64,000 bases of DNA, taken from the IMG/VR virus record IMGVR_UViG_3300035675_000001; one strand, written 5' to 3'. The DNA is from a virus (Duplodnaviria; Caudoviricetes). This document shows, in pieces, positions 35,322 through 44,068 of the stretch. Position numbers and translations under genes: made by a program. The number at the start of each line of letters is the position of its first letter. Within the stretch, counting starts at the first letter, position 1. Below the pieces are notes generated by a model that saw only the letters and a program-made list of their open reading frames with translations, was not told the DNA's origin and made no database searches.

Positions 35322-35798
35322 TCACTCGACCGGCGTGACCGTTACAATCTGGCGCAGGTATAGCCGGTTGGTCGGCGGCAGGCACGGGTCCACGATGGGA
35401 TGAAGGAACGGCGGGTAGGGGAAGGGCCTGGGCTTGGCGAGCAAGAAGACCTCGTTGCTGGGGTCGCTCTCCAGGCCGCTGGCATCGCAAGCCGTGGCCA
35501 TGAAGTAGTAGGTCACGCCAATCTCAAAGGTGTTTGTTATTTTTGCACAGTGACTTGTAGGGCACAAGCACTCCACCCAGCGGATGTTGTTGCTGGCATA
35601 GCCGTTGTAGCCCAGGCCCACAGACAGGTTGGTGTAGTAAACGCCGCTGTTGGTCCCCCAATAGATTTTGAACGTAGAGATTTTGGGTATCTCCGCCTCC
35701 GGGTAGTCCCACGCCAGGGCAACGCCGACCTTGTTGGTTGTCTGTCCCAGCCCGGTCAGGGCGGAGATCAGCCAGATGAGTGAGATGAGCTTTCTCAT
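35322..35798 (-). CDS. Secreted fibronectin type III domain protein
   Basis: Signal peptide; VALAWD...FKIYWG..SG.Y...TYYFMATACDASGLESDPSNEV. Confidence 0.8.
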   Translation of the reverse strand: MRKLISLIWLISALTGLGQTTNKVGVALAWDYPEAEIPKISTFKIYWGTNSGVYYTNLSVGLGYNGYASNNIRWVECLCPTSHCAKITNTFEIGVTYYFMATACDASGLESDPSNEVFLLAKPRPFPYPPFLHPIVDPCLPPTNRLYLRQIVTVTPVE

Positions 35799-38700
35799 TG
35801 GGGATGGTGGTAAACGAAAGGCTTGAGCATCCGATGCCAGCGGTTGACAAAGCTGCGCTCTGCCTCGTGGCCGCGCTCTTTGCTCTTGAGGATGTTTACA
35901 ATCTCTGTCCGGTAAAAGTTGGTGATGGCGTCTTTCAGCTCTTGCAGCCGGTTGAAGTCGAAGTTGAAGGACTTCCAGTGGGCGCTCTTACCGATCCGGC
36001 TGTGGGGCGGAACCTCGACCACCAGGTAAGCTGTCGTGCTCAGCCACTTGATGTGGTAGTCCGGGTCTTCCTCGCTGCTCATGGACATGATCTGAACGGT
36101 CACGGAGCCGCTGTAACCGTGCTCGGCGTTCTTGGCCTCCATCCGGTAAATCCGGTCAGGGTGCTCATCATGAAGTCCGCGCCACTTCTCCTCGGTCCAG
36201 ATGAAGTGCTCCGGCGATACCGCGTCCTTCCAGTCGATGTCATCCTCCGCCGCCTCATACACCCGCTTGAAAGCAGGCTGCTGCTCGGCCCAGGCCAAAC
36301 CCTTCTCAACCGCCGCGTTCCAGTCCGGGATGCCGGGCACGACCAGGGCGTCGATCATCTGCCGGTGAAGGTTCTTGCCCGCCACGCCGGTCTCCTTCCA
36401 GAGCGTGAACTGGAACCTCTGCTCCCGGTTCTGGCCATACTTGTCCACCAGGTTGCCAATGTCCAGGGCGAGACCGCCAGGGTGAACGAACTTCTTCTGG
36501 ACGACCATGTTGGCCTTGGGGTCATTCAGGAATTGGTAGTGGTGGGCTGTGAAAGCATGGCCCTCGCCTGCGCCCTCCCAACCACTGTCGCCCGTCACTT
36601 CCTTCCAGCCAATGTCCTCGTCGGACTCCTCAACCCAATGGTCCCGGACCTCGCGGAAGTAGGGGCTGCGGTTGGCCCAGTCGATAGCGCCCTTCAAGGC
36701 ACCGTCCATGTTCAAAGCCGCGATCTCCTGGCGCTCCTTCACGTCCAGGTGGTGTTTCAGCTCGACCGAATAGATGTGGTGCCCGGTCCCCGGATTGATC
36801 GGGTTATCGACCGTGGTGCGATACTGGAGCAGCAGGCGGAATCCCGTCTCCGGGTGCTTGGCCATCGCCATCGAGTGGCCCTGCGGCCCGATCATCCAGC
36901 CGTCCAGCTCCCCCACGGCGTCCTTCCAGTCAACCTCGTCCTCACCCTCCTGGGTAGGCAGCAGCTTCATCTTGCGGGCGATTTCCCGGACCAGCTTGTC
37001 ATTGTCCAGGCCCAGGGGCGGCAGGTCATCCAGCGGAACCCACTTGACCTTCTCGGCATCGTCGCCCGCCGTGGCCCTTTCGCCGTCCGGCAGAGTCGTG
37101 CCGTAAACGGTGACCTGCTTCTTGCCGGTCTCATTGGGCATGTCCTTGATGTAAACGAGGCGACCCAGGTCGAGCTTGGTCTCCTCCTTCATCTCCCGGT
37201 GCGCGGCATCTTCGATGGACTCGCCTTCATTCGCGTGCCCACCTGGGATCACCCACTCTCCCTCAGCCGGGGGATACTCGCGCTTGCAGACCAGGCACTC
37301 GAATCCCTTGTCACTCCGCTTGCGGAAAACGGCCACGATGGCGACGCGGCTCTTGTCGTCGCCCTCCTCACTGTTCTCGATCAGGTCTTCCCCGTGGACA
37401 TCCGGGATGCCTGTCATCCGGCTGGCCTCCTCGCGGGTGACGAACTCTCCACGCCTGGTCAGGAAGCCGATCTCCACCTGCTCCCAAATCCGGTTGTAGG
37501 CGTCGTTGTCCACTTCGCCCAGGGCTTCCAGGTCAGCCAGGCTTTTGACCTTGCCGAACATGCCTTGCTGGAGGAATCGCTCCATCGCTTCGGAGTGCGT
37601 GGACCCTGTGGCGACCTGGCGGGTGCGTTTGTGCAGCACAGCAGGCTCGACAAGCGGCCTATTTGTCGCCTCATGCACAATGTCTTGCGGGCTTGTCAGC
37701 GTGCTGAACCTACCTGTTTTTGGATCGTAACTTGTCACACTCTTGTCAACTGCAAGTGCTTCTGCCAGAGCATCCAAGGACTTGTTAGCATACCACTCAC
37801 CTTTGACAGATACAAAACCTTGTTGCTCAGACTCTTGCACGCTACGCAGCGTTCCGCCTTGTTCGAGCAAGCGATTGACAAGACCAGCCTGACAAGACTC
37901 GACTTTGCCCCAGCCGTCGATGCTCAAGATGTGCTTTGGAACGATCAGATTGAAGGTGTCCACCCCGGCAGGCACCGCCCTGATCGACTTCATCTGCTTG
38001 TCATTCAGACCCAGCTTGCGGATAGCGTCTTTGACAAGAAGCATGTCCTGGAGCAACCAGCCCGGCCAGTGAACATGGAACGCCTTGCTATGGCCCGACC
38101 AGGGGAACAAGAATGTGCTCTGCGCCCCGGCTCCCATGATGGCAGCTTCGATGTCGTTTCGCTTGAGCTTGAATGGACCCGCGACATCTTTCCAGGTCGC
38201 GCCCTCGTCGTCTTCAACTGCCTCCGCAACTTGGCTCTCCTCGATGCCACGGTGGTAGAAGTTCAGCTCGATCCTGCCCAGGTCTTTCCGATAGTCCCAG
38301 CTCACCCAGTCCGGGCGGATGCCCACGTCTTCGATCACTTGCGCTGCGATTTGCAGCGCGTCCACATCCTCCTGGTTGGGCACCCACATCCCACGGAAGG
38401 TCATCCAATCCCCCTCCCAAAAGTTGGTGACGCCGGTCAGACCGTTGTTTGCCATCGCTTGCTCAACTTCTTGCAGAGTTGGCTTGCGGGCCGGAACTAC
38501 GTCCTTCCAGTCAGCTTCCTCGTCACTCTCGATGATGTCGCCGCCGCCAATCCCCAGGATGTCCGTGGACAGGGTGCCGGTGCCGGGGTGGTAGAAGAAG
38601 TCACGGCTGTCGCTCCTGCCGCCGCCCAGGTAGTCGAGGGCCAGCTCGTCGATCTCGCGCTTCATCTGCTCCGGGTCCAGACCCTTGGCAGCAAAGCCGT

Positions 38701-41011
38701 GAATGTAACCCGCCCGCTGGGGCACGCGCAGGCTGTGGCTGACGATCTGCCAGCCGCGATCCTTCATGGCTTGCAGAAAAGCCTTCCAGTCAGCACCGAT
38801 AACAAAGCTGTCCCTGGGCTTGCCCTTGGTCACGCTGACAACAAGGTCGTCCTCGTCATCATCAGCAAGTGCTTCTGCAACATCCTTCTTGACCTCTGGA
38901 ATGTCGAACAGGTGGAACCAGAGCTTGCCAGTATGGCGGTTCCGCTTCATGTCGGTGTCGTCCCAGCCCACGTTCGGAGCGCCGACCGCCTGGGCCAGCT
39001 CAACCGCTGCTTGCTCTGGTGCTTGCTGGAAATCAGGGGGCACCACTCCGCTCACATACACGGTCTTGGAATCCCAGTAGCCCTCGATCTGCGTGTAGCC
39101 CTTGTCCTGGAGCACCTGCATAGCCTGGCTGACAACCAGGTCGTTCGGATGGCCCATTGTGTCCTTACCACCAAGGTCATCGTCGTCAGCAAGTGACTCC
39201 GCAACAACAGCAGGGTGGTAGATGTTGAACGAGAACTTGAACATGGGCCGGTAGAGCGGAGGCTTGCCCGGCTTGACCTCGGTGCCGTGAGTCACCCGGC
39301 TTGCGCCCAACGTCTCGCGCAGCTTGTCAGCCGCCAGCTCCGGCATATCGGCCTTGGAGTTGCCAGGCACCTTGCCGGTCACGACCAGCCAGCCATTGGG
39401 GTGCCGGTAGCCACGGAGTGTCGCGTAGCCGCAGTCCCGCAGGACCATCATGGCCTGGTTGAGCAGCACGTCGCCCGGCTCGCCCATCGTGTCCACAGGC
39501 TTGCCGATGTCGTCGTCATCGTCCTCCAGGCTCTCCTCGATCTCTTTGAAGGCCGTGATCTCCGGGTCACCCACGAACCAGGTGATGTCCCAGGCTCCCA
39601 GGTCAGACTTCCAGCGGGTAGTGTAGTCGATGTCGTCGGTGCCCAGGATTTCGTAGAGGCTGGACTTGATCTGGCGGCAGAAGTTCTCCAGCTCCGGGGT
39701 GGATACTCCGCTCACGGTCCAGGGCTTGTTGTAGGTCGGGACGATGATGGTGTCCACGATCCGCTTGGGCTTGCCCAGGTCGCCCCAGCCCTCGTCGGAA
39801 GGTTCCTCGATGACCTTGTAAATCTTCAACCCGGCCAGCCCGAACAGGTGCCGGATCATGGCCCCCTTCTCGGTCGGGGTATGCAGCTCCTTGCCGCTGA
39901 TGTCGTCGTCTTCCAGGGACTCCTCTTGTGGGCCAGGAGGCCAGTCCAGGCTGGTGTCACCCCTGGCGCGTGCGGCATCGAGCCGCCTCTGCTCGGCCTT
40001 GTTGCGCTTGTCAGCCTCTTGCTCCTTCTGGCGCTTGTCATTCAACCACTGCTCGATGGAGTTGATGACCTGCTCGTTGCTGTCCGATTTGACGATGATC
40101 GAGAACCAGGTCGAGCCTTGCTCGGAATAGAAACCGGCCTTGCGGAGCGCCAGGTCCATCATGGCGTGGAGCGTGTAGCAACAGGAATCCAGGGCGAAGT
40201 AGGGCATGTGGTCGCCGCCGTCGTGGACGACGATGAGCACGCCGCCCTCACCATACTGCTCGCCCTTGGCCTTCCACTGCTCCGGGGTGTAGAAGACGTG
40301 CTTGTGCCCGCCCGAATACATGGCGTCATGGTGGTCGAGCACGCCAACGATGATCTTCCAAGCCCGCTCGGCATCCGGCGAGGCCCCTTCCGGCAGCGCG
40401 AAGTCTGGCGGGATGGGAGGCCCATAGACTTCCTTCTCGTCCGCGAAATCCGCTTCCGACGCCTCGACCACGACCAGGGAGAGGTTCCACATGTTGTTCC
40501 ACTGGTCGAGCGCCAGCTTGTTCTCCCGGACCACCACGCCCTGCGGAAGCTCGGCGCGGACCAGCCCGGCCAGCTCCTTGCCCATCTGCTCGCAGTTCTC
40601 CCGGAGCATCTTTCGGCTCTCAGCCTCCGGCAGCGTGAGCTTGATGGTGAGAAACTGCCCGGCCAGATGCCGGTCGCCGACGCGGCGGTCGCGGCTCCAC
40701 TCGAACTCGAACAGCAGGCCGCTCTGATGGAACAGATCACCGACTTTGTTTACAAAATCTTCGCCCAGCCTGGCCTTGAGGTCACTGCCCTTGGTGCCGA
40801 TCACCGGCACTGACTCCGCCAAGCGCACCCACTCGCCGCCTACGGGCAGGTTGACTACCTGCTGGTCCTCGTGGTTGAACACGTCGCCCTGGGAGTAGCT
40901 GACCCAGCCGTCATCGTTCGACCAGTAATCCCCAGCCTGGTTGCGGATCATGAAGCGCGGGTAAACCGCCACTTCCTTCATGTCGAAGTCTTGTTCCAGG
41001 ATCGTGCTCAT
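35795..41011 (-). CDS. Modular polyprotein 2 (1738 aa): about 12 acidic linkers, duplicated modules and a NUDIX hydrolase; putative virion cargo
   Basis: Linkers such as ESDEEADWKDV, EGEDEVDWKDA and EAAEDDIDWKDA; NUDIX box GGHANEGESIEDAAHREMKEETKL. Confidence 0.85.
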   Translation of the reverse strand: MSTILEQDFDMKEVAVYPRFMIRNQAGDYWSNDDGWVSYSQGDVFNHEDQQVVNLPVGGEWVRLAESVPVIGTKGSDLKARLGEDFVNKVGDLFHQSGLLFEFEWSRDRRVGDRHLAGQFLTIKLTLPEAESRKMLRENCEQMGKELAGLVRAELPQGVVVRENKLALDQWNNMWNLSLVVVEASEADFADEKEVYGPPIPPDFALPEGASPDAERAWKIIVGVLDHHDAMYSGGHKHVFYTPEQWKAKGEQYGEGGVLIVVHDGGDHMPYFALDSCCYTLHAMMDLALRKAGFYSEQGSTWFSIIVKSDSNEQVINSIEQWLNDKRQKEQEADKRNKAEQRRLDAARARGDTSLDWPPGPQEESLEDDDISGKELHTPTEKGAMIRHLFGLAGLKIYKVIEEPSDEGWGDLGKPKRIVDTIIVPTYNKPWTVSGVSTPELENFCRQIKSSLYEILGTDDIDYTTRWKSDLGAWDITWFVGDPEITAFKEIEESLEDDDDDIGKPVDTMGEPGDVLLNQAMMVLRDCGYATLRGYRHPNGWLVVTGKVPGNSKADMPELAADKLRETLGASRVTHGTEVKPGKPPLYRPMFKFSFNIYHPAVVAESLADDDDLGGKDTMGHPNDLVVSQAMQVLQDKGYTQIEGYWDSKTVYVSGVVPPDFQQAPEQAAVELAQAVGAPNVGWDDTDMKRNRHTGKLWFHLFDIPEVKKDVAEALADDDEDDLVVSVTKGKPRDSFVIGADWKAFLQAMKDRGWQIVSHSLRVPQRAGYIHGFAAKGLDPEQMKREIDELALDYLGGGRSDSRDFFYHPGTGTLSTDILGIGGGDIIESDEEADWKDVVPARKPTLQEVEQAMANNGLTGVTNFWEGDWMTFRGMWVPNQEDVDALQIAAQVIEDVGIRPDWVSWDYRKDLGRIELNFYHRGIEESQVAEAVEDDEGATWKDVAGPFKLKRNDIEAAIMGAGAQSTFLFPWSGHSKAFHVHWPGWLLQDMLLVKDAIRKLGLNDKQMKSIRAVPAGVDTFNLIVPKHILSIDGWGKVESCQAGLVNRLLEQGGTLRSVQESEQQGFVSVKGEWYANKSLDALAEALAVDKSVTSYDPKTGRFSTLTSPQDIVHEATNRPLVEPAVLHKRTRQVATGSTHSEAMERFLQQGMFGKVKSLADLEALGEVDNDAYNRIWEQVEIGFLTRRGEFVTREEASRMTGIPDVHGEDLIENSEEGDDKSRVAIVAVFRKRSDKGFECLVCKREYPPAEGEWVIPGGHANEGESIEDAAHREMKEETKLDLGRLVYIKDMPNETGKKQVTVYGTTLPDGERATAGDDAEKVKWVPLDDLPPLGLDNDKLVREIARKMKLLPTQEGEDEVDWKDAVGELDGWMIGPQGHSMAMAKHPETGFRLLLQYRTTVDNPINPGTGHHIYSVELKHHLDVKERQEIAALNMDGALKGAIDWANRSPYFREVRDHWVEESDEDIGWKEVTGDSGWEGAGEGHAFTAHHYQFLNDPKANMVVQKKFVHPGGLALDIGNLVDKYGQNREQRFQFTLWKETGVAGKNLHRQMIDALVVPGIPDWNAAVEKGLAWAEQQPAFKRVYEAAEDDIDWKDAVSPEHFIWTEEKWRGLHDEHPDRIYRMEAKNAEHGYSGSVTVQIMSMSSEEDPDYHIKWLSTTAYLVVEVPPHSRIGKSAHWKSFNFDFNRLQELKDAITNFYRTEIVNILKSKERGHEAERSFVNRWHRMLKPFVYHHPQ

Positions 41012-41505
41012 GTCGCAGCTTTTTTCAAGATAGCCGTGGTGCTCACATTGGGCACCGGGCGGACCAGCCGGATGACGCAGTTCATCCCCAAGGCAGCTTC
41101 CCGCTCGCCCGCGTCCAGGGTCTCCATCGTGTAGTCACCGCCCTTCACCCAAACGTGGGGCCGGGCGTGTTGCAAGAAACTGGTCGCCCGCAGGTCATCG
41201 AAAATGTAAACAATATCCACCGCTTCGAGGGCAGCGATCACTGCGGCCCGGTCGTGCTGGCTGTTGACCGGGCGCGTCGGACCCTTCAACTGCCGAACCG
41301 ACGCATCGCTGTTGACCCCGACAACCACGAACTCGCCTTCCATCCGCGCCTGCTCCAGCAGGTAGATGTGGCCCGGATGAAGGATGTCGAAGCAGCCGTT
41401 GGTCGCAACCACGCGGCAGGCTTTGGGCAGCATGGCCCGCCAGGCGATCAAACCTGCCAGGTCCATGATCTTCTCCTCGGCGGAGCTGTAGTAGTCAGTG
41501 TCCAT
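41008..41505 (-). CDS. Cytidylyltransferase-family nucleotidyltransferase, RfaE/HldE domain II-like (ADP-heptose synthesis)
   Basis: ATNGCFDILHPGH, VVGVNSDASVRQLKGPTRPVN, VKGGDY, STT. Confidence 0.88.
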   Translation of the reverse strand: MDTDYYSSAEEKIMDLAGLIAWRAMLPKACRVVATNGCFDILHPGHIYLLEQARMEGEFVVVGVNSDASVRQLKGPTRPVNSQHDRAAVIAALEAVDIVYIFDDLRATSFLQHARPHVWVKGGDYTMETLDAGEREAALGMNCVIRLVRPVPNVSTTAILKKAAT

Positions 41506-42034
41506 GCTGTTTAAGAACCTGGAGCCAGTAGGTCACGTCCTCCGGCGTCATGGTGTCGTAGATGGTGGTGTGGCCCTCGTGCGGTTCCTCCAGGGATTCG
41601 ACCCAGGCTTTGAAGTGCGGGTCGCGGGCCAGGGCGCTCTCGAACGCCTGGTAGAGCTGGCCGACCTGGGTCCGGCGCTCGTGCTCCTTCACGAACGGAA
41701 CGGCCACGCGCATGGCTGCCGCCCGCAGGGACTTGGGCGACAACATTCCGGCCCAACCGCTTTCCCTGGTGAACTCGCGTGGCCAAGGCTCGATGTGGGG
41801 GCCACGGATGCGAAGCAGATAACGAGCGCCGGTGCGGTGCTCCAGGGTGACCGTGTATTCGCCAATCTGCCGGACCCAATCCCGGCCTTCTTCTGGCATT
41901 TCCTCCATGAAGGCGTGAACAATCTGGCTGGCAAGTCCCTCTGCCGAAGTGTCCTGATAGACCTCTTTGAAATCAATATCGTCCTCCTCCGCTTCGAGAA
42001 GGCCGTTCAAGATCAATTCGGTTTCGCTTCGCAC
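41495..42034 (-). CDS. Single-module protein carrying the polyprotein linker at its N-terminus
   Basis: MRSETELILNGLLE-AEEDDIDFKEV. Confidence 0.75.
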   Translation of the reverse strand: MRSETELILNGLLEAEEDDIDFKEVYQDTSAEGLASQIVHAFMEEMPEEGRDWVRQIGEYTVTLEHRTGARYLLRIRGPHIEPWPREFTRESGWAGMLSPKSLRAAAMRVAVPFVKEHERRTQVGQLYQAFESALARDPHFKAWVESLEEPHEGHTTIYDTMTPEDVTYWLQVLKQHGH

Positions 42035-42693
42035 GCCTTAACTACCCCCGGAACTTTGTGGGGGTGGGTTATGGCCCAGGGCGTCAGGTCGGCGGGCAGC
42101 CAATCGTGTTTACAGAGGGAGATGATCTCGGCGTGGTTGCCCCAGGACATGCCGCACGCCCGGAGGCCCCACATGATGATCCGATCCGTGGACAAATACC
42201 CCTTCCACTCCGCCCAGTCGTAGTCGTAGTCCCTCTTGAACGCCCAGGTCTTCCAGTCGGTCAGGGCCGGAAAGGTGAACACCTTGCTGTCGTAGAGCTT
42301 TTGCGCGGATGTGCGCCAAAAAGCCTGGCAGCCGCCCTGGATGTGCTCCTGGACCTCGCCTTTGCCCAGCAGGCTGCCGAAGCAGTCCACATCCGGGATG
42401 TAGCTCAACTTGCGGCTGATCCTGGCATCGGGGTCAAACTTGAAGATGATGTCGCCGGTCTCGCGCAGCGCCTCCTCGAAGAAGCTGTGCCACCAGTTCC
42501 CGCCCTCCGGCTGGACCTTGAGCGGCTTGGGCCGCTGGACAAACTTGGCGGGCACTGCTGCCAGATCAGTGCGGGGCTGATCCGCAACGATAACGACGGA
42601 CCCACCAGGGTAAGCCTTCCAGATCAGGTCAACGCAGAAGGTGATAAGGTCAAGGCTCTCCGAAGCAACAGTTACCACGAAAATCGGTTTCAC
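42013..42693 (-). CDS. Putative glycosyltransferase-like (GT-A, DxD) protein
   Basis: IFVVTV...VVIVAD...IIFKFDPDARI...GGCQAF. Confidence 0.55.
   Translation of the reverse strand: MKPIFVVTVASESLDLITFCVDLIWKAYPGGSVVIVADQPRTDLAAVPAKFVQRPKPLKVQPEGGNWWHSFFEEALRETGDIIFKFDPDARISRKLSYIPDVDCFGSLLGKGEVQEHIQGGCQAFWRTSAQKLYDSKVFTFPALTDWKTWAFKRDYDYDWAEWKGYLSTDRIIMWGLRACGMSWGNHAEIISLCKHDWLPADLTPWAITHPHKVPGVVKACEAKPN
42039..42044 (-). promoter_or_regulatory. Class III motif TAGTTA
   Basis: TAGTTA-AGGC-GTG42034. Confidence 0.7.
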
Positions 42694-42700
42694 GGGACAG

Positions 42701-42705
42701 AGAAC
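42701..42705 (-). promoter_or_regulatory. Class II upstream motif GTTCT
   Basis: GTTCT, 7 nt, then GTG42693. Confidence 0.45.
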
Positions 42706-42710
42706 AAAAA

Positions 42711-42863
42711 AGCCCCACCGAGCAGGGCCTTGTCACTTCCAACCGGATGGCGTATCGGCGTTGCCGCCGACCACTTCACTTCCATCCTTCGCTCCAAACG
42801 CCTGGGAGAGTGAGTTCCCGACTTACGGGGCTGGAGTGAAAGGCATAAGCGCCCGATGGGGCT
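42711..42863 (-). ncRNA. Candidate structured ncRNA
   Basis: Closing stem AGCCCCA/TGGGGCT followed by a U-tract; internal GGATGG/CCATCC and TCGGCG-GCAA-CGCCGA; CTCCA/TGGAG and CCCG/CGGG stems. Confidence 0.5.
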
Positions 42864-43308
42864 AAGTGTTGACCACCGTGAAAGGTGGGTCTTTGCGGTA
42901 GTCGATCCAACTGCCAGAGGGACGGTATCTCGCCAGAAAGCCGAGGTTGGCTTCCTTGGTCGCCATGCGTAGCGCGATGATGACCTGGGGCGGGAGCGCC
43001 TTGAGATAGTCGTCCCACCAGTTGAACCAACGCCAGAAGAAGCTGGAGAACTGCCCGTAGCGTTCCACGGGCAGCACGATGTCAAAGCGCGTGGTTGAGT
43101 CAGCCACATAGCAGAGCTGACTCAACAGCGCGTTGAATTTTTGGCCGAACTCCTCGTTGCTCAACTCCTCTTTGTGGAGCGCAGCGTGGATGGTCTTGAG
43201 TTCATTCACCAAGCCAAAGCAGGCCATGAACACGGAGACCTCGGCGGCATTAACCGCGAACTCTTTGTCTTCGGTTCGGACCTTCTTTGGCTTGGTGGTG
43301 GTTTTCAT
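42862..43308 (-). CDS. Hypothetical protein
   Basis: 148 aa ORF. Confidence 0.65.
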   Translation of the reverse strand: MKTTTKPKKVRTEDKEFAVNAAEVSVFMACFGLVNELKTIHAALHKEELSNEEFGQKFNALLSQLCYVADSTTRFDIVLPVERYGQFSSFFWRWFNWWDDYLKALPPQVIIALRMATKEANLGFLARYRPSGSWIDYRKDPPFTVVNT

Positions 43309-43580
43309 GCGACCAGTTGTTTCTCGTCTTCCAGAGAGAAGAACTGAAACGCACGAGCAATTACCTCGTCGCGTCGCATGTTTACCGCATCAAGGCCCTG
43401 CTTGGCCAGTTCGGCAACCATGTTCACGGTGAGGTTGCTATACCGCTTCTGGATGCCCCTTCGATTTTTGAGAGTGCGCGTTCCAGACTCGCGCATCTTG
43501 CTCTTGAAAAATGGATCACCGGAGAGCACCTGCTCAACGACATCCATTCGTCCGGGAGCTGATAGACTTGTGATGTTCAT
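43305..43580 (-). CDS. Hypothetical protein (possible ribbon-helix-helix-like regulator)
   Basis: MNITSLS...; C-terminal LTVNMVAELAKQG...RRDEVIARA. Confidence 0.5.
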   Translation of the reverse strand: MNITSLSAPGRMDVVEQVLSGDPFFKSKMRESGTRTLKNRRGIQKRYSNLTVNMVAELAKQGLDAVNMRRDEVIARAFQFFSLEDEKQLVA

Positions 43581-43589
43581 ATCGTGTGA

Positions 43590-43619
43590 ATAATATCGTT
43601 TACAATTTCTTTTCGTCAA
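43590..43619 (-). promoter_or_regulatory. Sigma70-like promoter with TGTAAAC in the spacer
   Basis: TTGACG, 18 nt, TATTAT, 9 nt, ATG43580. Confidence 0.6.
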
Positions 43620-43684
43620 GGGCAATCCGTTATTGTTTACTTTCTAAAGTCCTATTTCACAGCCAGTTGGCATGGGGTATTCAC

Positions 43685-44068
43685 CTACCCCGCAGCCGTA
43701 ACCGTTTGGCTTTGTTCAGCATCCACTATGATGTGGACGGCTGCGAATAACTTTTTCGACACCCGGCCCACCCGCCACGGCTGCACGTCCACCTGGAGGC
43801 GCTTGTAGAGCCTGGGATGCGTTTTGTCCGCAACCATCTTGATCCAGGTGCGAATCTGGCGCTCCGACATTTTGTAAGCCCCGCCGCCCGGCATGGGCTT
43901 CTCATAAACGGCCAGGTCCAGCTCATAGCGGTGGTTACGCCGCCGAGCTGTCGCATTGCCGAAAACCCCGCCGAGCTGTCTCTGGAAAAAGGCAACGACC
44001 CGGCGCAGCCGGGTCGCGTCACTGATCTCTCGCTCGGTCAGAGCTGTAAAGTAGCGTCGCACGCTCAC
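43685..44068 (-). CDS. Hypothetical protein
   Basis: 127 aa behind a TAGATA motif. Confidence 0.55.
   Translation of the reverse strand: MSVRRYFTALTEREISDATRLRRVVAFFQRQLGGVFGNATARRRNHRYELDLAVYEKPMPGGGAYKMSERQIRTWIKMVADKTHPRLYKRLQVDVQPWRVGRVSKKLFAAVHIIVDAEQSQTVTAAG

Noticed and set aside
18290-41011. Repeated linker DNA as a CRISPR array or tandem DNA repeat
   Set aside because: Conservation is at the amino-acid level, with variable codons and spacing of 150-2000 bp. No constant 25-45 bp direct repeat and no cas genes were seen.
42815-42858. Resemblance to the SRP Alu domain (CGGGCGC...TGCCT...TCGGGA)
   Set aside because: The UGU motif and SRP S-domain loop are absent; likely chance similarity in GC-rich sequence.
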